Shown here one piece after another: positions 43,612 to 53,401 of a DNA stretch of 64,000 bases. Under the pieces are notes generated by a model. The model saw only the letters and a list, made by a program, of their open reading frames with translations, was not told the DNA's origin and searched no databases. The DNA comes from Vampirovibrionaceae bacterium NZW_1234 (lineage in GTDB: Bacteria; Cyanobacteriota; Vampirovibrionia; Vampirovibrionales; JAGQHJ01): the NCBI GenBank assembly GCA_041697335.1, contig JBGUGD010000002.1, positions 180,399 through 244,398 of the forward strand. The letters run 5' to 3'. Within the stretch, counting starts at the first letter, position 1. Every line of letters starts with the position of its first letter. Made by a program: the position numbers and the translations under genes.

Positions 43612-44445
43612 TTACGCCGTTTGTGTCTGGTTTGTTTTTTTCCAGTGACCCACGGCAAGAATAGGGGCCTTCATCGCCGCCAGTTTTGGGTTGAGCCAAG
43701 CCCAGTACGTTTTTTCCAGGAAATTCTTGGTGAGTCTATCTATGGGGTCGAACGCTAATAAACTCAAAGAGCTGGCAATGGCTGGGATCAGAACCTGTCC
43801 TGTCAAGGGAAGACTCTTCATTGCTTTGGGCGGAATTTTGGGCATTAGGAAGCTGGTGAACTTGCTGACAGCACGAACCAATGCCATGGGTAAAATAAAT
43901 GAGGCCAAGGAGTGGAAGAGTAGGATATGGCCAGCAACAGCACTGGTAAATGCAATTTTTGCTTTCTGGGAGCAATCTGAGGCTAAGTTTAATGCTTGTC
44001 GGGCTTCACTGATTACGTTGATACCTGTGTAAATTGACGCCCAGATGTCAGCACCCTGGATAATCCTCTTGGCTCGTGCCGGAGTTGCCGCTCGCTGAAT
44101 GACAGGTTCCCAGGCATGGGCTAATTCGTTGATAAAGCCCAAATAACGCAAGGGGGTGTCCTGCCAGAGGTCCTGGTCAAAAATGAACGAAAAGGCCCGC
44201 TTAGGTTGTTCGATAAACAAATTGGGCAGGAGGTTGGAATACACGCTGGCTGGTTTAGGGGTTTTTGAAGGTGTGAAAGTGCTTGTTGCCATTAGACTTG
44301 GGTGGGGAGGAGCCCATGTCTGTCTGGGATAAGGTAGTTGATACTGTGGTGTGGGTTGATTTAGCCAGGACGGGTAGGGGTAGGGACGCGCATAATTGGC
44401 GCTATAGCTTTGAAAAGTGGGATAGTAGACACCGTAACTGGCCAT
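43612..44445 (-). CDS. MTP18/MTFP1 (mitochondrial fission process protein 1)-like membrane protein
   Basis: DLWQDTPLRYLGFINE, FHSLASFILP and PIDR match the MTP18 family pattern; Tyr/Pro-rich N-terminus. Confidence 0.7.
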   Translation of the reverse strand: MASYGVYYPTFQSYSANYARPYPYPSWLNQPTPQYQLPYPRQTWAPPHPSLMATSTFTPSKTPKPASVYSNLLPNLFIEQPKRAFSFIFDQDLWQDTPLRYLGFINELAHAWEPVIQRAATPARAKRIIQGADIWASIYTGINVISEARQALNLASDCSQKAKIAFTSAVAGHILLFHSLASFILPMALVRAVSKFTSFLMPKIPPKAMKSLPLTGQVLIPAIASSLSLLAFDPIDRLTKNFLEKTYWAWLNPKLAAMKAPILAVGHWKKTNQTQTA

Positions 44446-44540
44446 GGGTGCGTCTCATCTTGGTGCGAAACAGGTTCACCACTCTAGCCTCCCATAATCC
44501 CTTGTTGCTTGAACTCACTAATTGGGTATTGTCCCTTCGG

Positions 44541-45869
44541 TTAACTGGCCGAGGCCATCGCTTTGGGGAGTTGTGCCGTTTCAAAACGCTGGAAAACCCG
44601 GTCAATGTGCTTCAAAACTCGCTGGACATCGAAGCATTCGACGATCTCCTCAGGAGAGAGAAGGGCAGTGACTTCGGGATCGTTTCGCAGGTTCTCCTGA
44701 AAATTTCCCGTTGGATGATTCCAAGCCGCATGGGCATTGCGCTGGACAATCGTATAGGCGGCTTCGCGGGACATTCCTTTCTGGATCAGTGCCAGGAGGA
44801 CTTGCTGAGAGAAAACAATGCCGCCGTACTGGTTCATGTTGCGCTTCATATTCTCCGGATAGACTTGTAAGCCATCCATAATGCGGTTGAAACGTGTCAG
44901 CATGTAGTCGACGAGAATGGTCGTGTCGGGTAATAAAACTCTTTCGACAGAGCTATGGCTGATGTCGCGTTCGTGCCAGAGTGCGATATTCTCAAGCATC
45001 GGTTGGGCTGCGGCTCGAACCATGCGGGCAAGGCCGGTAATATTTTCAGACCCGATGGGGTTCCGTTTGTGGGGCATTGCTGAAGATCCCTTTTGCCCTT
45101 TGGAGAAGGGTTCCTCGGCTTCATTGACTTCAGAGCGTTGTAGGTGCCTGATCTCAACGGCAAATTGTTCCATTACACTGGCGAGAAGAGCCAAATCGGT
45201 TATAAAAGCGGCATGGATATCCCGCTGGATGACCTGATTGGAAACGCGTACAGGAGTCAGGTTCAGCATTTCACAAGTCAGGCGTTCGACTTCTGGATCA
45301 ATGGCACTATACGTCCCTACAGGCCCACTAATCATGCCGACCCGAAGGCCTGCCACGCTCTGGGATAAGCGAGTTTTTACCCGAGTCAGTTCATCAACCC
45401 ACAGCAAAAGCTTGAGGCCGAATGTCGTGGGTTCAGCCTGAATGCCATGGGAACGGCCTATCATGGCCGTATACTTATGAGTAACCGCTTGATTGTAGAG
45501 GGTTTCCATCAGTGTGTCGAGCTTGTCTAAAATCATTTGGCCGGCCTGACTGAGCTGAAGCGCCAGTGCGGTGTCGATGAGATCCGAACTGGTCATCCCC
45601 ATATGAATATAGCGGCCGTTTTCGCCTACCGCTTCATTAACACTCGTCAGAAAGGCAATGACATCATGCTTGACTTCCTCTTCGATCTCATTGATGCGAT
45701 CAATGCGAAAACATGCCTTCTGGCGTACATCCTGGGTAACGCCGGAAGGGACATAGCCCAGTTTTTCCTGGACTTCGAGCGCGGCAAGTTCCACTTTCAG
45801 CCAGAGTGCATACTTGGTTTCCAGGCTCCAGAGTTGGCCCATTTCCGGGAGAGTATAACGTTCAATCAT
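44541..45869 (-). CDS. purB: Adenylosuccinate lyase
   Basis: HDVIAF, GRSHG, GSSAMPHKRNP, ERDISHSS. Confidence 0.97.
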   Translation of the reverse strand: MIERYTLPEMGQLWSLETKYALWLKVELAALEVQEKLGYVPSGVTQDVRQKACFRIDRINEIEEEVKHDVIAFLTSVNEAVGENGRYIHMGMTSSDLIDTALALQLSQAGQMILDKLDTLMETLYNQAVTHKYTAMIGRSHGIQAEPTTFGLKLLLWVDELTRVKTRLSQSVAGLRVGMISGPVGTYSAIDPEVERLTCEMLNLTPVRVSNQVIQRDIHAAFITDLALLASVMEQFAVEIRHLQRSEVNEAEEPFSKGQKGSSAMPHKRNPIGSENITGLARMVRAAAQPMLENIALWHERDISHSSVERVLLPDTTILVDYMLTRFNRIMDGLQVYPENMKRNMNQYGGIVFSQQVLLALIQKGMSREAAYTIVQRNAHAAWNHPTGNFQENLRNDPEVTALLSPEEIVECFDVQRVLKHIDRVFQRFETAQLPKAMASAS

Positions 45870-45892
45870 TGTTGAAAGCCCTTTCTTTCAGA

Positions 45893-46558
45893 TTAAACGC
45901 CAAGCTTGGTGGCTTGGAGCTTATCCCAGTCGGCTTTAAATGCTTGAATACCTTTTTCAGTCTGAGGGTGATTGTACATTTGATCCAGGACTTTGAACGG
46001 AATGGTAGCAATATGTGCTCCTGCTGCAGCGGCCTGGGTGACATGCAAGGGGTGGCGGATGCTGGCGGCCAGCACTTGGCTACCCGAGCCATGGATGTCG
46101 AGAATACGGGCGACCTCTTCGATGATGGCAATACCGTCATAGCCAACATCATCCACACGGCCCACAAAGGAACTGATATAGGTGGCACCGGCTGCCGAGG
46201 CCAAGAGGGCCTGGTTTGCCGAGAATACCAGAGTCACGTTGGTTTGGATACCCTCGTTTGAGAAGTAATGAACCGCTTTCATGCCTTCTTTTGTCATCGG
46301 GACCTTAACGGCAATGTTTTCGGCCCAGGTATTAAATTCCACGCCTTCTTTAATCATCTCTTCGGCTTTATCGGAAATCACTTCCACGCTGACAGGGCCT
46401 TGGGGAAAGAGCTCTGCAATTTCCTGGATCACTTTTTTAACGTCGCCGTGATTATCTTTGGCCAAGAGGGAAGGGTTGGTGGTTACTCCGGTAACGGTCC
46501 CCCATGTGGCGGCTTCTCGTAGTTCATTCAGGTTGGCGCTATCAATGAAAAGTTCCAT
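45893..46558 (-). CDS. fsa: Transaldolase/fructose-6-phosphate aldolase (small type)
   Basis: FIDSAN, GVTTNPSL, VKVP, NVTLVFS, AASIRHP. Confidence 0.92.
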   Translation of the reverse strand: MELFIDSANLNELREAATWGTVTGVTTNPSLLAKDNHGDVKKVIQEIAELFPQGPVSVEVISDKAEEMIKEGVEFNTWAENIAVKVPMTKEGMKAVHYFSNEGIQTNVTLVFSANQALLASAAGATYISSFVGRVDDVGYDGIAIIEEVARILDIHGSGSQVLAASIRHPLHVTQAAAAGAHIATIPFKVLDQMYNHPQTEKGIQAFKADWDKLQATKLGV

Positions 46559-46852
46559 GGCATTGGTCTCCTGCAAAATATAAGGTCATGACGGTCATAT
46601 TAGCATCAAAGTACTCGAAGGTCTCTACTATCCTGAAAAAAAGACAAAAGTTCTTGAATGAAGAGCCCTAGTGTTCAGTGTTTTCACTTGTAAAGAATAT
46701 CCCATAAACAGAGGAGGAATGGGATATGTCATGTAGTATATATTAAAAATATAAAGGCTGTCTTCCTCAAATGATAAAACCTTGAGAGTAACTCCAACCC
46801 ACCGCTTTCTCAGTCGAAGCGGTGTTTTTTTTATGTTTGGCTCTGCTCAGGC

Positions 46853-47119
46853 TTACTGCGCCGATGCTTCTTTTGCTCGGGCTTTAGCCGCCTTTACGCC
46901 TTTATCAAGGTCTTCCTGTGGCTCGACAAATATAGCAAAATGAGGACAATTCAGCTCACAGAGCATACACTCGGTACATTTATCAATTTCCAGGACGGCT
47001 GCAATCTGTCCTTCGACTTTTCCAGTGTGGGGAATCATCTCTAACACATCAAACGGACACGATTCCACACAAATCTCGCATCCGGTACAAGCGGGCTCAA
47101 CGACGTTAATTCTGACCAT
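46853..47119 (-). CDS. 2[4Fe-4S] ferredoxin
   Basis: CTGCEICVESCP and CTECMLCELNCP. Confidence 0.92.
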   Translation of the reverse strand: MVRINVVEPACTGCEICVESCPFDVLEMIPHTGKVEGQIAAVLEIDKCTECMLCELNCPHFAIFVEPQEDLDKGVKAAKARAKEASAQ

Positions 47120-47405
47120 AAGGCGTCATCCTAGCATGGGCTTTTAATTGGACATGCCCCTATATTAGCACTACCCGATCCGGCTTACCAGAGTGGATGG
47201 GACTACAACGCTGAAAAATCCTGTGAACTTTGGAGTGATATCAGTCGGTCTCATGGGCTTTGGAATTTGAGACGTTTATGTTATTTTAAACTCTGCAATT
47301 TTTAGTGGTTGGGAGATCATGAGGTTCTTCGCCTCAGTGGGCTGCCCAAGCTTGTATCAGGGAAATAAGGTTCAACACGGTCAGTTGATTTCAGGGGTAG
47401 TATAG

Positions 47406-50400
47406 ATGTATATCCGGTTTGATGACGCTTATCCGGGATTGAAAATACAAGGTGGAGCGAATGGTCGTCTACCTAGGAAGCCGTTCTTGTCGCCTTCCTC
47501 TACTACTATTAAAAAGCTACAGGCTGATAGTATTTCTAAAACCTCAACGTTTGCGGCTTCCGCGTTATTTTCGGGCTATGTAAAGGCTAAGCCGGGTGAG
47601 CCTGTAGCTCGCTCGTTGAATCTTCAGCCAGACCAGGGCCTTTCTCAAATTCGCACACGTACAGCATTATGGCTGCATCAGATGCGCAAGGCTCATCAAA
47701 ATGACGTTTTATCAGAAGGCTTTCCGTGGGAGCATTACCAAATTTTAGCTAAACAGGGACTATTTGCCCCCAGTTTGCCCACAAAGTTAGGCGGATTAAA
47801 TCTCTCGACTCAAGATTCCGTTCAAGCGATTGCTGGGTTGTTTCAGGCCATGCCAACAGCAGCGGCTTGGGCTGGTGTAAACAGCTATTTAACCTCACTC
47901 GCCATTCAGATGGGTGGTACACCAGCACAACAGCTTGCTTATTTACCGGCCCTTGCTGCGGGTGAGAACAACGCCTTGGGTACCGTGGCGATGGTTGAAA
48001 CAGATCCGCAACAGAAGATTCGCAATATTGATACGACAGCGGTTTATAATCGAGTAACAGGGGAATGGCATCTGTCTGGCCGAAAGCGTGTGATAACCAA
48101 CGGCGATTTAGTCAACACTATGGTGATTTTGGCCAAAACGGCAACCCCGAACGCCAAGGCTCCCCAAATTCCGCATTGGAAAGATATGGCCTTTATTATT
48201 GACTTGAACCAGACACGCAAGCAGAAAGGCTTGAATCTTTCTGTTGTTCAAGGTAAACATTCCACGGATTCATTTTCTGTGGTGGATATGGTTTTCGAAG
48301 ACTTTCGCGTATCGTCTAAGAATATTCTGGGTGGGGAAGATGGGGTGGTTCGTGGACGCGCTCTGGCTATTGATACATTAAATGCCGCTCGTGTCGTGGA
48401 TGCTGCAAAGTCTGTGGGGTTAATGCAAGGGCTTTTCGATAAGGCGTTTCTGTTTTCGGCCACTTCAGAGCAATCGGATCATGTGTTATTAGAAGAGTCT
48501 CGAATTTATCGCCGCCTCGGTCAGATGTCTTGCGAGCTGTTTGCGGCCCAGGCGATGACGAACCATGCTGCTAAAGTTCGTGATGACTATCTCAAAGTGT
48601 TGGGAGTGCCTCATCAATTACCAACCAATGAGTCATTAATGCGAGCACACCGATTAACGGCAGCATCCGCAGCCTTGGAAGCATCTGAAACCCTTCGGGA
48701 GCAGTCTTTGGAATCCGTGCGTGTCATTGACAGTGTTCAGTTGACGGATCCCTACTATCGTTCGTCGTCCTTGCATTTTAATCTTCCTAAATTCCCTTCA
48801 CTCGGGGGATCACCAGATCTGCACCGATGGGAGATCAGTCGCGTGCTATCGGATGAAGCACAGGAATTAAGTGCAAAAAAACGTTCCTCATGGAGATTGG
48901 CAAGTTGGTTGGCGCCTTTTGGCCGAATTCGATTGAACCCTTTTCGCTCCTCGACCCCCAAAACACCACTGGCTGTGGCCGAAAGACTCGAAAAAGCGGC
49001 TGACGAATTGATGAATAAAACTTTACGGCAAGTTTCCGGGAAAACCATCAAAAATCTCCCCCCGTTGCTACGTCCGCAATTTATGCAATCCAAGGTGCCG
49101 CCACAAACCCTCCCTATGCTCAATGATCCTCGTATTTTTTACCCCATGGCCGATATGGTTGTGGCATTACAGAAAATCAAGGCTGCCACGGCCTTGGCCC
49201 GGACTCATGACAATAGTTCGGTGACTGCTCTGAAAGCGAAATTAGTTTCTGTGGATGCCATGGAACGGTTTATCGCGGCTGCTGAAAAAGTCAACGAGGT
49301 TCAGGGTAAATTTTCCCGATTAAACCATCTGAAATCGGAATTGGCTCAGCTGGCTACTGTTGGTGGAACACGAGACGCAAACTATCGAGACATTATTCTT
49401 TCGAATGTTCGCAATTACCGTGAAAATTTAAAAACCTCAACGGGGCGGGCTCTCATCTGGAATGCCTTGTTGCCGGAGTACCAAACCCCGCGTCATTTAC
49501 AAAAATTGGAAGAATGTTTTCGGCATCTGTTCCAGAAGGATGAGCCTTTTTTCCCAGAATCCCACGGACGGCGGACCATTAACATGGTTCACTGGGCTCA
49601 ATGGTTTGCTCAGCCCATGTTGATGAACATCAAGCAGGTGGATTTTCCTGCGGATAATGCAAAACAATTAAAAGAATGGAATCGTACCCATCAGGTGCTT
49701 CTTGCTCCGATGCATCCGACGGGTTTCCCTGATATTTCTGTCGAATGGGGACTCTTACGGGATCTTCGCGAACCGAACGAGGAGTACCCCAAAGTACTCT
49801 TTATGGCCAAGATGGGCCTTTTCACTACCTCATTGGGTGATGTTGGTCCCCTAAAATACATTCCGTTTATCAATAAAATGCGCCCCCTCAACTATATTAT
49901 TCGCCGATTAGGGGCTTTTTCCGTTTCCAGAGGGGTTGATACGGACCGTGCACAGAATCATATGAAGGAAGCGGCTCGTCGTGGAGAGCATATGATTATT
50001 ATTCACCCGCGTGGTGAAGCCGAGCACGTAAACCACCACGTACTTCCCTTCCGTTATGGAACAGCCAATGCTGCCGTGGATGCCATTCGGGAAGGAGCGC
50101 GAAAACCCATTGTAATTGCCCCGTTGGCTTTGGTGTATACCTACTTAAATCCGATTCAAGAAGCCATTAATTCACGGTTGGATATTATTGAGAAAAGACT
50201 CATGGACTCTCGTCCTTCATCATCAAAGGTTATGGATCCGGATCGTCTCCTGATAGAGCAGTCGCATCGGGTTAAACGCGCTTTTCAAAAACATCTGGAG
50301 CAAATGCGGAACCGGTTGGATGAGGCGTTTCCGACCGGTAAAACCACCGTCCTTCCCCAAGGCACCCTATTGGAACAGATTGTCTGGCTAAAACAAGAGA

Positions 50401-50948
50401 TATTGGAGCGGGCTGTGCGGAAATATTATCCAGATGAAGTGGAGTATTACAATCGCAAGAAACCCAATAGCCAGTTGTCGTTAATGCGGATGATCAGCGA
50501 AGATCTGCGCGAGCGCGCCGAGGTGGATACCATTGCTCCAACCAAGGCGAAAAAATATGAAATTATGCGCGATCGGGAGATTTTACGATTTGTTCGTGAC
50601 GTTTCCAGCTTGGTACCTGAGGCTTATGCACATTTACCTGTGTTGAATCAGGATCAGTTTGCTGAACTGGTGATTAAGTTGGAAGAGTGTTTAACCGGGC
50701 ATGGGAAACCGGCATTGCACAAGGAAGGCTTTGAGTATTTTGGTCCACGCAAAGTCATTGCGCGTCTGGCAAAGCCGGTGCATGTGAATGAATGGTTGCA
50801 GAAGTATCCGACAAAACCAATTGATCGAGACAAAGCGGCGATGGACATTACCCGCCTGATGGAGATTAATATGCAGGAAACGGTTGATGATATTTATGCC
50901 GAAATCAACCAGCACAACAGAATTTGGTACCAAAATCCGTTACTTTAA
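47406..50948 (+). CDS. Fusion of an acyl-CoA dehydrogenase-like domain and a PlsC-type acyltransferase
   Basis: GTPAQQLAYLP, AMVE, LSGRKRVITNG, LNAAR (ACAD); HPTGFPD, FMAK, GAFSVSR, HPRGE (acyltransferase). Confidence 0.8.
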   Translation: MYIRFDDAYPGLKIQGGANGRLPRKPFLSPSSTTIKKLQADSISKTSTFAASALFSGYVKAKPGEPVARSLNLQPDQGLSQIRTRTALWLHQMRKAHQNDVLSEGFPWEHYQILAKQGLFAPSLPTKLGGLNLSTQDSVQAIAGLFQAMPTAAAWAGVNSYLTSLAIQMGGTPAQQLAYLPALAAGENNALGTVAMVETDPQQKIRNIDTTAVYNRVTGEWHLSGRKRVITNGDLVNTMVILAKTATPNAKAPQIPHWKDMAFIIDLNQTRKQKGLNLSVVQGKHSTDSFSVVDMVFEDFRVSSKNILGGEDGVVRGRALAIDTLNAARVVDAAKSVGLMQGLFDKAFLFSATSEQSDHVLLEESRIYRRLGQMSCELFAAQAMTNHAAKVRDDYLKVLGVPHQLPTNESLMRAHRLTAASAALEASETLREQSLESVRVIDSVQLTDPYYRSSSLHFNLPKFPSLGGSPDLHRWEISRVLSDEAQELSAKKRSSWRLASWLAPFGRIRLNPFRSSTPKTPLAVAERLEKAADELMNKTLRQVSGKTIKNLPPLLRPQFMQSKVPPQTLPMLNDPRIFYPMADMVVALQKIKAATALARTHDNSSVTALKAKLVSVDAMERFIAAAEKVNEVQGKFSRLNHLKSELAQLATVGGTRDANYRDIILSNVRNYRENLKTSTGRALIWNALLPEYQTPRHLQKLEECFRHLFQKDEPFFPESHGRRTINMVHWAQWFAQPMLMNIKQVDFPADNAKQLKEWNRTHQVLLAPMHPTGFPDISVEWGLLRDLREPNEEYPKVLFMAKMGLFTTSLGDVGPLKYIPFINKMRPLNYIIRRLGAFSVSRGVDTDRAQNHMKEAARRGEHMIIIHPRGEAEHVNHHVLPFRYGTANAAVDAIREGARKPIVIAPLALVYTYLNPIQEAINSRLDIIEKRLMDSRPSSSKVMDPDRLLIEQSHRVKRAFQKHLEQMRNRLDEAFPTGKTTVLPQGTLLEQIVWLKQEILERAVRKYYPDEVEYYNRKKPNSQLSLMRMISEDLRERAEVDTIAPTKAKKYEIMRDREILRFVRDVSSLVPEAYAHLPVLNQDQFAELVIKLEECLTGHGKPALHKEGFEYFGPRKVIARLAKPVHVNEWLQKYPTKPIDRDKAAMDITRLMEINMQETVDDIYAEINQHNRIWYQNPLL

Positions 50949-51070
50949 AATAGTTACTTTGAATTGAAATCTAAATGGTTTCAAATTGGTTATCTCGCTG
51001 ATAGCTCTTTGGGTGTCACTTGGCTATCATTGCGCAAACATTTAAATTTTTTTGAAGGGTAGGCGAGTGA

Positions 51071-51694
51071 ATGATGGCTGAAACCGACAAACCTGGGCAC
51101 ACAATGACGCAATACGAAGGTGGTATCTCGCCTCCTCAATTCATTTTTACCTGGGCTAACCCTAGTGAAGATGAGGACGGTGTTTCGGTGGAAGAGCGCC
51201 GAGCATTGGAGTTTTTAAAAGACGCGCTGGGCGATTTTAAAAAATATTGCCGGGCTTTCCAGTCCGTTCCAGCTTCCTGGGCTAAAGAATTTCTTGAAGG
51301 CCTTTCCCAGGCTCAACTATCCGTGTCTACGGCTCAGTTTTACCATCGGTTGATGATTGAGTCTCGCCAGAGCGAAAAAAAACCATTAAAACGACTTCAA
51401 GAATACCTTCCGCAGGATTGGCCTCAGACGTCTACAATGTGGCTTCGTGAGCAAAAGAAAGTTGTTGATCAGCAATACCCGTTGGAAATTTATCCTCAAC
51501 TGATTCGTTGCGTTTTTGTAGACATCCTGTCGGCATGGGATGAGTTGATTATGATGGCGGAAAAAGTGTCCTGTCCCCGGTTTGGTATAGAATTTGTAAC
51601 AGGTGTCTGCCGTTGCATTGATGTATTGGAGCGCATCCGGTTGCTTCATTTCTCTGAAGTCGATCCATCCGCCGCTCTTGCAGCAGCCCGGTAG
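51071..51694 (+). CDS. Hypothetical protein
   Basis: 207-aa ORF with no recognisable motif. Confidence 0.6.
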   Translation: MMAETDKPGHTMTQYEGGISPPQFIFTWANPSEDEDGVSVEERRALEFLKDALGDFKKYCRAFQSVPASWAKEFLEGLSQAQLSVSTAQFYHRLMIESRQSEKKPLKRLQEYLPQDWPQTSTMWLREQKKVVDQQYPLEIYPQLIRCVFVDILSAWDELIMMAEKVSCPRFGIEFVTGVCRCIDVLERIRLLHFSEVDPSAALAAAR

Positions 51695-51717
51695 TGCTGT
51701 CTCTCTGACTTTGGCGA

Positions 51718-51966
51718 TTACTCACTAAAAGGCTGTGTGACGACTTCACCATCAGCTTGCAATGTCTTAACCAGTTCTTCCACACGTCCTCGGGCTTTTC
51801 CTAGCTGGGCTTGGCAAAGCTTGATATGTCGGACCCCATCTTCAAATAGGACCATAGCATCCTCTAAGGAGGGTGTGCCGGATTTGAATTGGCTGACAAT
51901 GGCTTCTAATGTCGTAAATGATTCGCTAAAACTGGGTGATGTATCGGTATCAACAGGGTTTGTCAT
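51718..51966 (-). CDS. xseB: Exodeoxyribonuclease VII small subunit
   Basis: SFSESFTTLEAIV..SLEDAMVLFEDG; follows xseA. Confidence 0.9.
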   Translation of the reverse strand: MTNPVDTDTSPSFSESFTTLEAIVSQFKSGTPSLEDAMVLFEDGVRHIKLCQAQLGKARGRVEELVKTLQADGEVVTQPFSE

Positions 51967-53359
51967 GGGTGACCTCACAGGTGATTTGTCCATCTCGTAA
52001 AATCAAGGTTAAGGCGTCTCCCTTCGTGACATCTTGAGGTGATGTAATGACATGACCTTGGGGAGTGCGGGCAATAGCATAGCCCCGAGCCAGTGTGGCA
52101 AGCGGGCTGAATGCGTCCAATTCTGCTGCATATACACTAAGACGTTGTTCCAGGGCTTGGAAAAAGCGAGTGGATTCGTGTTCAAAGTTCTGTTGCGCGT
52201 TCACCAGTCGATGACCTGTGTCATCCAGGCGAGCCCGAAAACTATCGACCAGGGCGGTTGCTGCCCGGTCAAACTGTTGCTCGGCAAAGTAAAGGCTTCC
52301 CACAATCCCATTGGCGAGATCCTGACGCATGCCTTCCAGAATTTGGGCGAGTTGAACCGTATCCGGAACGGCTGCCTCTGCTGCTGCCGTAGGGGTTGAG
52401 GCTGAATAGTCGGCGACGGCATCGGCCAAAGAATAATCCGGTTCATGGCCAATGCCGGTAATGATGGGAATGTCTGATGCAAAAATGGCTCGAACGACCT
52501 GCTCATCACTGAAACAGAACAGATCTTCAAAGGACCCTCCTCCACGCGCCACAATTAAAACATCCAGCGCATAGTCCGGGTAATTGAGTTCTCGAATGGC
52601 AGCGGCAATCTCTTCTGCCGCACCTTCCCCCTGAACTTTGACCGGATGAAGGAGAACATCCACCTGCTGGTTTTTTCGTCGAATGACACGCAACATGTCG
52701 TGAATCACGGCACCGGTCGAAGAGGTAATAATTCCGATGCGTTCTGGGAATGCGGGCAAGGACTTTTTAAATTCCGGTAAGAACAGGCCTTCAGCTTCCA
52801 AACGCTCTTTGGTTTGCTGGAACGCCAGTTGCAATGAGCCCACACCGACAGGTTCGAGGCTTTGAGCCACAATGGAATAAGTACCGCTGGGGGCGTAGAT
52901 TTCAACCTGTCCCGTCAGGTAAACTTCCAGGCCATCTTCAATATCAAAGGCAAGGCGCTTGGCGAGGCTGGCCCAAATGATTCCGCCGACACTGGCTTCT
53001 GGGTCTTTCAAAGTGAAGTAAATATGCCCTCGGGCGGAACGTTTGACATTGGATAACTCTCCTTTGACAACCAGGGTGTTTCCAAGAATAGGGTCTTCAT
53101 TCAGGACGGTTTCCAAGTACTGGGTCAGTTCGGAGACGGTAAAATAGCGTTGCTGACGACCAAAGCCCCAATCTTCTTCCTCCTCATCAAGCTCCTCATC
53201 CTCGAATTCACTTTCATTCAGCTCGTCTTCCTCAACCAAGAGGGCCCCTTCCGACAGATCGAGGCTCACTTCTCCATCTGTGTCACTGGCAGAAGTTCTC
53301 AAGGCTAAATTAAAGCTCAACTGAGTTTGATTAGGCTGTTTCTTGGGTGGTTTGGGCAT
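51950..53359 (-). CDS. xseA: Exodeoxyribonuclease VII large subunit with acidic N-terminal extension
   Basis: GELSN, GHIYFTLKD, ARGGGSFEDL, GHEPD, TPTAAA, LARGY. Confidence 0.95.
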   Translation of the reverse strand: MPKPPKKQPNQTQLSFNLALRTSASDTDGEVSLDLSEGALLVEEDELNESEFEDEELDEEEEDWGFGRQQRYFTVSELTQYLETVLNEDPILGNTLVVKGELSNVKRSARGHIYFTLKDPEASVGGIIWASLAKRLAFDIEDGLEVYLTGQVEIYAPSGTYSIVAQSLEPVGVGSLQLAFQQTKERLEAEGLFLPEFKKSLPAFPERIGIITSSTGAVIHDMLRVIRRKNQQVDVLLHPVKVQGEGAAEEIAAAIRELNYPDYALDVLIVARGGGSFEDLFCFSDEQVVRAIFASDIPIITGIGHEPDYSLADAVADYSASTPTAAAEAAVPDTVQLAQILEGMRQDLANGIVGSLYFAEQQFDRAATALVDSFRARLDDTGHRLVNAQQNFEHESTRFFQALEQRLSVYAAELDAFSPLATLARGYAIARTPQGHVITSPQDVTKGDALTLILRDGQITCEVTHDKPC

Positions 53360-53401
53360 CTGGTGTGTCCACTTTGACCATAGGCGAGCTAGCGCCTTCT
53401 A

